From: Flaccisagitta enflata
Taxonomy: Eukaryota
Direction of reading: 5' to 3'
Assembly (NCBI GenBank): GCA_965153355.1
Contig: OZ231126.1
Coordinates: forward strand, 15,314,001-15,378,000
DNA length: 64,000 nt
Positions within the stretch are counted from its first letter, which is position 1. Each line of letters starts with the position of its first letter. Shown one piece after another: positions 1-25,202 of this stretch. Under the pieces are notes generated by a model that worked only from the letters and a program-made list of their open reading frames with translations, made no database searches and was not told where the DNA came from. A program made the position numbers and the translations under genes.

Positions 1-310
1 TCGTCCTCTTGATCAATGATTTTCTCTTAATCGATCATATCCTCACTATCGATAATTGCCTCACTATCGATAAGTGCTTCACTATTGAGTGCTTGATTAT
101 CGATGATTGCTTGATTATCGACGATTGCTTGACGCTTGACTCGTCCTCTTAAACATCCGATCCAATCCAATCTTGATCAATGATTTTCTCTTAATCGATC
201 GTATCCTCACTATCGATGATTGCCTCACTATCGGTGATTGCATCACTATCGATGATGGCCTCACTGTCGATGATTGCCTCACTACCGATGATGGCCTCAT
301 TATCGCCACT
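1..310. repeat. Degenerate ~18-nt minisatellite (cctcactatcgatgattg), probably intronic
   Basis: Unit recurs many times in 1-310; the overlapping ORFs are translations of the repeat. Confidence 0.75.
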
Positions 311-378
311 TTAGTTGTAATTTTATTCCTATCAGTGATTCCAAGGTCAAGTTGATTCCCTTTATCTTTCCACATCAG

Positions 379-639
379 GCGCTGGTGCGAGTGAAGGTGG
401 TGGGCGGAGGAGCGGTGGTGACCGCCTCTCTTCAGAATCCGATTGAATATCAGGTCAAAGACGGTTGTCCGGCGCTGATCGTCGGCCATCTGGATAACCC
501 CAATCGGATCACCGACGCCGTTTGCGCCTCACCGCCCGCCGACGTCGAAGTCGAGACGCCTTTCAACGAGGACCTGTTCACGCGAGCAGTCCAGGCTTAT
601 TCGCGGTTCCCTCAGATGTTCAAATCCTCGCCTCCATGA
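379..639 (+). CDS. Terminal exon of a probable replication protein A 14-kDa subunit (RPA3-like OB fold); upstream exons outside the window
   Basis: Acceptor ...cacatcag|GCG at 378/379, GC-rich coding-like sequence, TGA at 637-639, AATAAA near 652. PFNEDLFTRAVQAYSRFPQMF resembles the RPA3 C-terminal helix as I recall it ([21 protein letters not shown]). Confidence 0.55.
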   Translation, partial: ALVRVKVVGGGAVVTASLQNPIEYQVKDGCPALIVGHLDNPNRITDAVCASPPADVEVETPFNEDLFTRAVQAYSRFPQMFKSSPP

Positions 640-1253
640 AAGTGTTAAAAAAATAAAACTTGTGGAAGATGAAAGCGTTTTGATGATAAACAAGGATTGG
701 ATCTGCTAGCATTCCGGCCATTCCAAGAATGGAAACCTTGTATGAGCTGTCTGTCAATTTATTTTATCCTCTAGCTATCGACAAGCATGCGACCTGGAGG
801 AGATACAATTTCGTTTTGTTGCTTATTGTTTCTTTATATGGAATATTATCATACTCTCGTATTCGTATTGACCCTATGTTGAAAATTTCTTCTCATCCGA
901 AGTTGTTTACTTTTACAGCACAAATGATCCAAGGGCAGCTTAGATGCCACGACTGACTTGTTAAATTTGGTCGTTTGTAACTTTTGGATCGAATGTAAAA
1001 CTTTAGGAGGCACTGATGTTGACGTGACAATTTTTCGCGCGGTATCTCTTTCTATTACCATCGAGGGGCGCAGTTCTGTAGTTCATGGCTCCACCCGTCG
1101 GGTTTCCATCAATAACAGGTGCATTTTACATCACTCAGGCTTTATGAGATGAGTTGTTGCTGCTATCGTTGTTGTTGTTGTTGTTGTTGTTGTTGAACCA
1201 ATATGGAATTGTTAGAGAGATATGAACTCGATTCTTGTTCCTTAGGTTCTCCC

Positions 1254-16008
<14,755 letters not shown>

Positions 16009-16799
16009 ACAAAACCGATAAACTGATGAACATTCCTCACCCAACGCGGATGATATGAAGCCATAATTGCTCGATACATACCATTCATTCTAGTCTCTGT
16101 TCTTATCCCCTCCCGGGCAAAACTATTCATTATCATATGAAATGTACACGTGATTTATGCACGGTTCTTTAATTGTCTTCTCGTTTCTTCCAATGTTGAA
16201 ATCGAGTGTCACATCGCGGCCCTTCGCGCATAATTCTGATCTACTCATGAATGTGAACTTTCAAATGTCTTTGCAAATCAAAGTGGAACTGTTTTTTTGT
16301 TTTTTTCATTTCAGTCTGGGAAAATTTCAGTGGATAACATTTTATGCAATTTCGCCTTAAAGCAGTTCTGTTTCAGACGAAAAAATATCAATGGGTTGCA
16401 CGTGACTAATTTTTTTCTCGATTTATCGCCTCACCAGTTCTGACTTGATTTCATGGTTGTTATTTACTTCACCATGTTACGATAGTAGTATTATTTAAAG
16501 GCGAAGTAAATCCTCGAAGGGTCCAGTTAATGTTTTTTGCAAAATTTGCTTGTTTTTTTTTTCCAATTTATAAAATTGCATCGCATCAAAGTTTGCCATG
16601 GATTCTTTTTTTTCCTTTTTACAGGTTCAAGTAGATTGTATATTTGTAGACACGCATATAAAACAGCTTGCCGCTTGATTGATGTCAATCCGGAGAAAAA
16701 CCAGTATGACGTGCGCCTGGCGCTTGCTTCGCATGGCATAGACTAATTAAAACTAAGGCGCGCCGTAGTTTTTAGGTATCCCCTGTCAAGTAAAAAGAA

Positions 16800-19700
16800 A
16801 TGACATTCCATGCGCGTCTCGAGGCGACGATCGTCGGCCTGCTCTATACCGTGCTGTTGGTGGTGACATCGATAAATTGCGCGGTTGTCAACGAGACCGC
16901 GGTGAGCCTCGGCTCCACCATTCATCTGCCTTGCGCCGTCGCCGACGACGCCAATGATGAAGCCAACCATGTAATCGCCAACAACCAAGTCACCTGCATG
17001 GCTTGGTATAAGAAGCGATCACCCATATGGAAAGATCGCACTTACTTCGCGTCCGAGTCGTGGAGCAGCGCCAAATATGACCTCGTCGGCGCCTACGATT
17101 TGCTTCTCAACAACGTCTCGTTTCAGGACGCCGGAGAATACGTTTGCGTGAAAACCGTCAAAATTCTCGAACCAGATCAGCTCTGCGAAGATGAAGAGGC
17201 GGTGGTTAAGTCGCGAGAGAGGAATAAGTGGTCTGTGTACGTCCTCGATCGCCCCAATTGCTTCGTGAAGAGCGCCGGCAAGGCGGATAAGTCTTACGTG
17301 CGTATCGGCAATAACGTTACGATGGACTGCGAAATGAGATTCGCCGGCAGCGCGAGAAATCCGCCCAACGTTACGTGGAGATCTACGGCTTTGCCGGATG
17401 CGACGTTGGGAGACCAACCGTCGAAACCCGTCGATAACTTGGCGCAAAGCCAGCTCATCATTACAGTGTTACAGTCGGATAAAGATCAAGAGTAAGTCAA
17501 TTTGTGCAGCCGTTTTTGCTTATTGATGGCCTATCTTCTCATCTTGTTTGTCATTTCGTTTAAATTTTTTTTTCTTTCTTTCTTTCTTTTCTTCCATCCT
17601 TTTCTTTCTTATCTTTCTTTTCTTCCATCCTTTTCTTTCTTATCTTTCTTTTCTTCCATCCTTTTCTTTCTTATCTCTTTTTTTCTTTCTTTGCCTTCTT
17701 TTCTTTCTTTCCTTTGAAATCCTTTCTTTTCTTTTCTTTTTTTCCTCTTTTTTTCCTTTCTTTGGACTTTCTCTTTTCTTTTCTTTTTTTTTCTTTTTTT
17801 TTTTGTCTATTCTTTTCTTTGGTCTTTTTTCTTTTCTTTGTTTCTTTGGTCTTTCTTTTCCTTGGTCTTTTTGCTTTTCCATGGTCTTTTTCTTTTTCTT
17901 GGTCTTTTTTCTTTTTCTTGGATCAATTTCTTTTCCTTGGTCTTTTTTGTCCCCGACGAATAGTTTTCGTCGGTGACTATGTGATGGACCTGATCGTGTA
18001 GTCTGTCGTCGTTGTTCGTTTGTTTAAAACCTTCTCATATCTTTTGAACCAGACCTCAGAAGTTCATGAAACTTTACCAGTGGTATTTTTATGTCAATGG
18101 GAGCTTGTGTACTAATTTTCAGAAAAATTCATAAACTTTTACTACCTTTTGCCTATTATTTTTGTAGTAATATTTTACTAGACTTAGGTGATTTCCATAG
18201 GTAGAGGGTATTAAATCTATGTGAATTTTTTTTTAATTTAGTATACAAGCAAAGGGTATTAAACAAACAACCCCTGCAAAATTTGAATTAAATCTGAGGT
18301 CTGGTTCATGAGATATTAGCTTATTAAAGTAATAATATGTTGCTAGGCAGTTTAAATAGGCAAAGGGTAGTAAAGGTGTGTGAATTTTTTTTCAATTTGG
18401 TATACAGGTAAAGGATTTTAATTGAACAGCCCTTGCAAAATTCGAATTATATTTGCAGTCTGGTTTATGAGATATTAGCTTATTTATGTATTAATGTTAC
18501 TATTACCTAGGCAATTTATATAAAGGTTTCGAGTTGATGAATTTTTTTACTTGCTCATTCATTACAATTTGATTTTTCTTAAGATTTGCCAACATGGATT
18601 TCAAGATTCATCTTCATTCTTCAACTACAGTCATCATCTTCAACTACAGTCATCATCTTCAACTACAGTCATCATCTTCAACTACTGTCATCATCTTCTG
18701 TCATCATCTTCAACTACTGTCATCATCTTCAACTACTGTCATCATCTTCAACTACTGTCATCATCTTCAACTACTGTCATCATCTTCAACTACTGTCATC
18801 ATCTTCAACTACTGTCATCACCTTCAACTACTGTCATCACCTTCAACTACTGTCATCACCTTCAACTACTGTCATCACTTCAACTACTGTCATCACCTTC
18901 AACTACTGTCATCACCTTCAACTTCTGTCATCACCTTCAACTACAGTCATCACCTTCAACTGTCATCACCTTCAACTACTGTTATCACCTTCAACTACTG
19001 TCATCACCTTCAACTACTGTCATCATTAACTGTCATCACCTTCAACTACTGTCATCACCTTCAACTACTGTCATCACCCTCAATTCTGTCATCACCCTCA
19101 ACTACTGTCATCACCTTCAACTACTGTCATCACCTTCAACTACTGTCATCACCTTCAACTACTGTCATCACCTTCAACTACTGTCATCACCAACTACTGT
19201 CATCACCTTCAACTACTGTCATCACCTTCAACTACTGTCATCACCTTCAACTACTGTCATCACCTTCAACAACTGTCACCTTCAACTACTGTCATCACCT
19301 TCTTCTGTCATCACCTTCAACTACTGTCATCACCTTCAACTACTGTCATCACCTTCAACTACTGTCATCACCTTCAACTACTGTCATCACCTTCAACTAC
19401 TGTCATCACCTTCAACTACTGTCATCACCTTCAACTACTGTCATCACCTTCAACTACTGTCATCACCTTCAACTACTGTCATCACCTTCAACTACTGTCA
19501 TCAACTTGAAAAATTTGTTTGTAATTAACTACAGGCCTGTATATTGTTCTACATTCCCCCCCCGGTGGGGGGGGGAAAATAATCAAAGGGTTTGGAGATT
19601 GGGGAAAAAATTCAAGGGGAGAAAAAGAGAAAAAAAGAAAATTTGGGGAAAATAAAACTTTTGACTGTACCAAATCATAAAAAATGATTAGTAAAACACA

Positions 19701-21782
19701 ATTTAACACTGTTTAAACCATAAAAACACTGTTTTATTGCTACATGGGGCAGAAAATCATACATTTTGTAACGCGACGCGACGCGTCGCGGGAAAGAAAA
19801 TCAAAGGCAGGGGGGGGGGAAACTAATCAAAGATCATAGAACTATATACATCCCTGATTAACTACTGTCATCATCTTCAACTACTGTCATCATCTTCATC
19901 TACTATAATCATCCTCCACATCTTCGACTACTTAATTTTTTTGAAAAAAATTTTTGAAAATATTTTTTAAAAATTTTTGAAATTTTTTTTTGAAATTTTT
20001 TTTTGAAAATTTTTTGAAGTTTTTTTTAAAATTTTTTTTTGAAAATTTTTTGAAAATTTTTTTTTGAAAATTTTATGAAAAATTTTTTTTTATCAATCTT
20101 TTTTTTGAAAATTTTTTTAAATATTTTTTTAAAGATTTTTGTTGTCATTATCATTCATTGTTATCATCATCATCCACTATTGTTATCATTATCAAGTTAT
20201 GTCATCATTAAAGCAATAATGAATATTTTTTTGCTTGAAATTGCTGTCTTGTCGTGTATCTCATCGAGTTGCGTTTACGCAACGAGAAAGCTTCAAAAAT
20301 TACAGTCCCCAGTCGGGGACTGAAATTTTTTTCTTTTTAGTTTTTTTTTCTTTTCCCAGTCTTTTTTTTTCTTTTCCTCGTCTTTTTTTTCCTTTCCTTG
20401 GTCTTTTTTTCTTCTCTTTGGTTTCTTTTCTTCTCTTTGGTTTCTTTTCTTCTCTGTGGTCTTTTTTCTTTTGTCTTTTTGCTTTTCTTTCTTTTATATT
20501 GTCTGTATTTTCCTCTACTTCCTTTTCTTCTGTCTACTTTCTTTTCTTCTTTCTCCTCTCTTTATTTCTTTTCTGCATAACGTCCTATCGTCCATTTCAA
20601 TTTTCTTTCATTCTTTCCATCTTCTCGTTCTTCTTTCTTCAATCCTCAATCGATCTCTAAAACTTCTCCTTCCCCTCCCCCCCCCCCCCCTTGTTCAGAT
20701 ACGTTTGTGAAGGTACGCACTCAAGTTGGAACATGACCTTGGACCCGATTCCGATATGTCCCCAAGTCCTTCGTCCTATCGTCGTGGGCTGGTTCCGAGA
20801 CCCTCCATCGTGGATCGTTTGCGCCGCCGTCGTGGCTCTGTTGAGCGCCGTCGGCACGTGCGCCTGGTGCGTCCGATGCTGCAAGAAACGCAGTCTAAAG
20901 AAAGAAAAAGAAAAGGATGCTGCGGCCGCCTCCGCCATGGCCTCTGCGCCGCCGTCGGTGTCAGTGGACGGCGGTGGCAGCAATATCCCTTTCGTCTACG
21001 GAATGGGCGGCCCTTCTCTCAAGGATTTTCAAGCTCAAGTCTCGACGGTGGTCCGACTGCAGAATGCCAAGAGGAACGCCGAACTCGGAGCGGCTGGGAA
21101 GAATTTAGATTCGGTAGATGGCGGCAGAGTGGAGACGGTCAAGAACGACCCGCGGCAACAGAATGGATCGGTGGTGAATCAGCTCGAAAATGACGCCGCA
21201 TTCGCTGCCAAAGGCCAGCCGCTGTCTCAACATTCGACCCAACAGAAGCAGCGTGATCCGCAAGAGTCGCCACTCATACCGCAGCAACGGCTCATGCCGC
21301 AACATCAACAGTCGATGCCACAGTCAATGCCGCAATACCAATCTTTCAACAACTCAACCTCCGCTACACCCAATTTGTACGTCTCGTCGCCATCCCAGGC
21401 CAAAGATGTCGATGGAAGCGACACTTCAACCGCCGATCCCATCACATATGGCGATGGAGGGAGAATCGACGATCAACCAGCGTCTGCCGTTCGGAAAAAT
21501 GGAGTCAACGACGGTGGTGTAACTAGGACGACGACGACAACGCAGCAGAGTTCTGAAAATGCCCCGACGCTCACCAGGTTCGGACGTCGACCTCCACCGG
21601 CACCTCCTTTTGAAAAGCCTCCTCGTGTGGGCCCACGAGGCAGAGGGTCTCACCGTTCCAACACCCTTGGTGGACCCGTGTCCATTGCACAACAACAACA
21701 GCAGCAGCAGCAGCAGCAGCAGCAGTCTATTAGGCAGGTCACGTTTAAAACCCAGTCTTTGTCTTCCGAGGGGCGGCAGTGA
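16800..21782 (+). CDS. Type I transmembrane immunoglobulin-superfamily protein (signal peptide, two Ig domains, TM helix, low-complexity cytoplasmic tail), 591 aa to the first stop
   Basis: Exon 16800-17491 (GA|gtaagt) joins exon 20699-21782 (ttcag|A) in frame. Ig1: LPC...WYKK...YDLLLNNVSFQDAGEYVC. Ig2: VTMDC...NVTW...DQEYVC, spanning the intron. TM WIVCAAVVALLSAVGTCAW followed by CVRCCKKRSLKK. Confidence 0.85.
17949..20321 (+). mobile_element. Family A copy 3, carrying a ~900-nt 19-mer minisatellite (tcatcaccttcaactactg)
   Basis: GTCCCCGAC...GTCGGGGAC termini; array at about 18610-19505, interrupted at about 19530-19857 by another repeat also present at 55877-56600. Confidence 0.75.
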
Positions 21783-23582
21783 TCATCCGAGAGTGCGGGA
21801 GACCATCATCCGTGGGCGACCACCCATCGTGGAGGACGACCAAACGTGGACGACCAACCGAGTCCTCCTGCCGTCTATCTGGGGAAGCTCCCTCGACCGC
21901 CGAGAGCCAGAAACCCATCTTTAGGATCGTTAGGGAAACGCCGCCAGGGCGGCAGCAGCAGCAACAGTGGTCACCACTTCAACAACAACAACCGCAGCTT
22001 CGACGACGGCTTCGGTCCGAGAGCTAGAGATTACCCAGTTTCCACGGCGGGAAGACGCGGAGGCGGGATGGGTCACAAACCGCAGCACCATGGATGGACA
22101 AAGCCGCCAATGACAACGGGAAGAGGAGGAATGACGGTTACCATGCATCATCCTCCAGGAGGCGTGGGCGCGGGTAACGGTGAGCCGTCCATGTCCACCG
22201 TTACCATAACGCAAGTGAAAAAGAGTTATCCCATGGAAACAACGAGCGCGCCGTCTGACCGACGTGACTGGGGGGAACAACAACTACAACAACAACAGCG
22301 GCACTACCAACAACAGCACCATCGCGGAATCGACGACGCGGACGATAGTTTCCACTTTCCATCGAGGATTTCGGAAGAAATGCTGGCGGCTGACATAAGA
22401 GAAACCACCATTAATTGCGACGACTACGGCGACCACGATGGAAGCGGCGAGACGAGCGGACGGAACCCTCTGATCGACAGCGTCAATGAGCAGCTCGTCA
22501 GTATCGAGGAACTGCTCAACGTGCAAAGTAGTAAAATCGGTCACGCGAAGAAGTTTGGCGACGACAAATCCGTCGAAGCTAGAGCCCAGGATAACGACGA
22601 TGACGATGATGACTGTCTATCAGAGGTGGTTTCCATGCGCGACGCGGGCACGACCCCGCCACCGCAATCTCCATCGGGGGAGCATCTGACGGAAAACGAC
22701 GCCATCGTCCTGCCCACGATCATTCCTCGATCACTATCCGATGATAATTTGTACTACTCGACTCATACGATCGCTTCAAACACTCGCGAACGTGACGGAA
22801 TGACCGCTTTTGACCACCAACAACGACAGGAATTGGCTCGTTTCGAGCTAGACTTTGATCAGACAAGCGATGAAGACGACGACGACGACGATGATGATTA
22901 TTACCGACGTGGTGGCACTACGCCGCCCTTTCCACTACGCTTAGACTTTGACGACGACGGACGCGGGAATCAAAACAACGAATTGTCGAGATACGACGAC
23001 CCTCTGACTTCCGCCGACCATACGGATGACGAAATGGCTATGTCAACGCCCGAGGATGACTTGAGGGAAGACTTGGAAGCTTTAAGGAGGACCAAAGCGA
23101 GGTACGACGCCTTTTTTCAAGAAATTAGCCAATCGCTCAACGACAGCGGCAATTTATCGTTGAGGGGCAGCAATTCCCTTATCTCCAACGACGACGAACT
23201 GGCCAGTCGTTACAGCAGCGAGACGCGCACGAGCAGTAGTTTGAACAACACATTGGACAGCGGCACCTACGACTACGAAAGACGCCAATTGAAAACCAAC
23301 GCCGGCTACAGATACGACAGGCGAGAACCGTCTTCCTCTTCTTCTTCCTCTTCCTCGCAGAGAGCGCGAGCTGGAAGAATTATGCAGACGAGGACCGGAA
23401 GTTACGACGAGGAGAAATTCAAAAGGGACGAAGCCGATGCGATCCAAGTTTCGGCCGATGCCGCGAAACGGAATTCGTTAGAGATGAAGTACAAGCTGCC
23501 TGGTTTTTGTCCGGACGCCCATGTGACTACCGGATCGCTTCCGGTCAACGCCTCGGAATTTTTTTTCGATAGTCAATTTTGA
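21783..23582 (+). CDS. In-frame 599-codon continuation of the Ig receptor past a single TGA (candidate readthrough extension)
   Basis: Same frame as ORF 20691-21782; the 21 codons between the TGA and ORF 21846 contain no stop; GC-rich coding-like composition drops abruptly to AT-rich after 23582. Confidence 0.65.
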   Translation, partial: SSESAGDHHPWATTHRGGRPNVDDQPSPPAVYLGKLPRPPRARNPSLGSLGKRRQGGSSSNSGHHFNNNNRSFDDGFGPRARDYPVSTAGRRGGGMGHKPQHHGWTKPPMTTGRGGMTVTMHHPPGGVGAGNGEPSMSTVTITQVKKSYPMETTSAPSDRRDWGEQQLQQQQRHYQQQHHRGIDDADDSFHFPSRISEEMLAADIRETTINCDDYGDHDGSGETSGRNPLIDSVNEQLVSIEELLNVQSSKIGHAKKFGDDKSVEARAQDNDDDDDDCLSEVVSMRDAGTTPPPQSPSGEHLTENDAIVLPTIIPRSLSDDNLYYSTHTIASNTRERDGMTAFDHQQRQELARFELDFDQTSDEDDDDDDDDYYRRGGTTPPFPLRLDFDDDGRGNQNNELSRYDDPLTSADHTDDEMAMSTPEDDLREDLEALRRTKARYDAFFQEISQSLNDSGNLSLRGSNSLISNDDELASRYSSETRTSSSLNNTLDSGTYDYERRQLKTNAGYRYDRREPSSSSSSSSSQRARAGRIMQTRTGSYDEEKFKRDEADAIQVSADAAKRNSLEMKYKLPGFCPDAHVTTGSLPVNASEFFFDSQF

Positions 23583-25202
23583 TACTTATGATGCTTTTTG
23601 TCGCAGATAGTTTTTTTCAATGAAATTAACTCTTGGCCAATGTTACTTAGGTGATATTATATAGGTGTGGGCCGTACACCTTTTTTTCTCATTAACATTT
23701 TGATTATTCTGATTATTTCCAAGTAAATCCAAACCCTGCTACATGGTGCTTTTTTTTCAATTTTCACTCTGGACACAAAATTTACAAGAATTTTACAGCC
23801 AGCGCTTGGTTTTCGCTTTGCGTCTAATCGTAGGTGAGGCATTGTTGTGCCGTTTAGTGACAAACGTGACTTATTCAGTAGTGCATTGTCCCCTTTTCTT
23901 ACTACATTCCTAGGTGCTCTTCCTCTGTACTGGACGACTGACTTGATACTATATAGTTGTAAATTTTTAACTTGTTTCGTTACTGAAGAAACGAACAATT
24001 AGGCAGTGCCCATTTTCATTCGATCTCATTTTTTTGGATCTTTTGTCAGTTATCACATGCTACATTTATTTATGATGGTTAATAACAAGTTGCTCTAGAA
24101 CCATAATTATTCCCATGTGGCATTTACCAGTTTTTTGCCGCGTACCATTAGACCGCTTATTAACTGACCAACACTTCCACTTTTCGTCAAAACCGGCGCA
24201 GTGTGGATTTTCTGAATAGCTGTTTAAGGTTTTTTCTTCCACCTCTCTTAGTATGTACTCATGTATAAGCCTTATTTATAACTACCGATTTTTTATCTCA
24301 AACATGGGGAAAAAGCCTTATCTTGCGCTCTTTATTATATGATCATCCTCATGTGCGATCAGAAAATCCTTATTTGTCAATCCAAACGTTTCAGATAATA
24401 AGCTTTAACAGAACCAATTTGGACATTCATTTGAGATAGTTTTACGAGGCTATTGATTATTTTAATTTTACGATTGATTCGTATTTTGGACGATGCATAG
24501 CTGAACTCTCAGGAATAAAAAATAATTTTCATAGAGTATCCTGGTAGTTCAGTAGTTCAGATAGTTTCTTTTCCGAGATTGACGTCTCGTTTCTTTAGCT
24601 CTCCTTTTTGAGTAATAAATCCGCTTTTTCATGATCTCAAAGTTGTTACTTTTCCCCCATTTTTCATACCGATGGATAATTATTCGGCCGTTTCAATTTT
24701 TCAAATAAGACCTTTTGTATACATTTTATGTTGTCTATTACATTTTGTTACAAAAACGTATGTTAAATGGAACTGTTTATACAGCAAATTATATGGCTCT
24801 CTCGCTAATTTTCACGTTCATATATGGTAAAAAGTTTTACCCGATTTTTTCGCCTACTAATCGTCGGTTACGGTAGCTCGGAGTATCCGTGGTCTACTTG
24901 TAAACATAATGGCGATATGGTGAACGTGAGCGAAGAAACTGTAATCTCTACTCCTTGATACTCATTATACATTTTACAACGACAATTCTCTCATAAATTT
25001 CTTTTTACGCGATTGCAAACGGATAGGTTTCTCACGATAGCAAGTAGTGGTTCCGGTATTCATTTACTTTTCTTTTCTTTTTTATAACGCCGACTGCTTC
25101 GTCATGATAAAGAAAACAAAATTATTTATTTTGCTCATTAACAGATGTAAACTCTTGACTTGATTGTAAACACACAAAAGAATTCAAAATCCCTCGTCCA
25201 TT

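Noticed and set aside
18551-19655. Long ORFs in three frames (325, 147 and 353 aa)
   Set aside because: Translations of a stop-free 19-mer minisatellite inside an intronic element.
21738-21791. Small intron (CAG|GTCACG...GAG) that would remove the internal TGA in frame
   Set aside because: Only 54 nt, weak donor, GAG acceptor without a pyrimidine tract; disfavoured but not excluded without RNA data.
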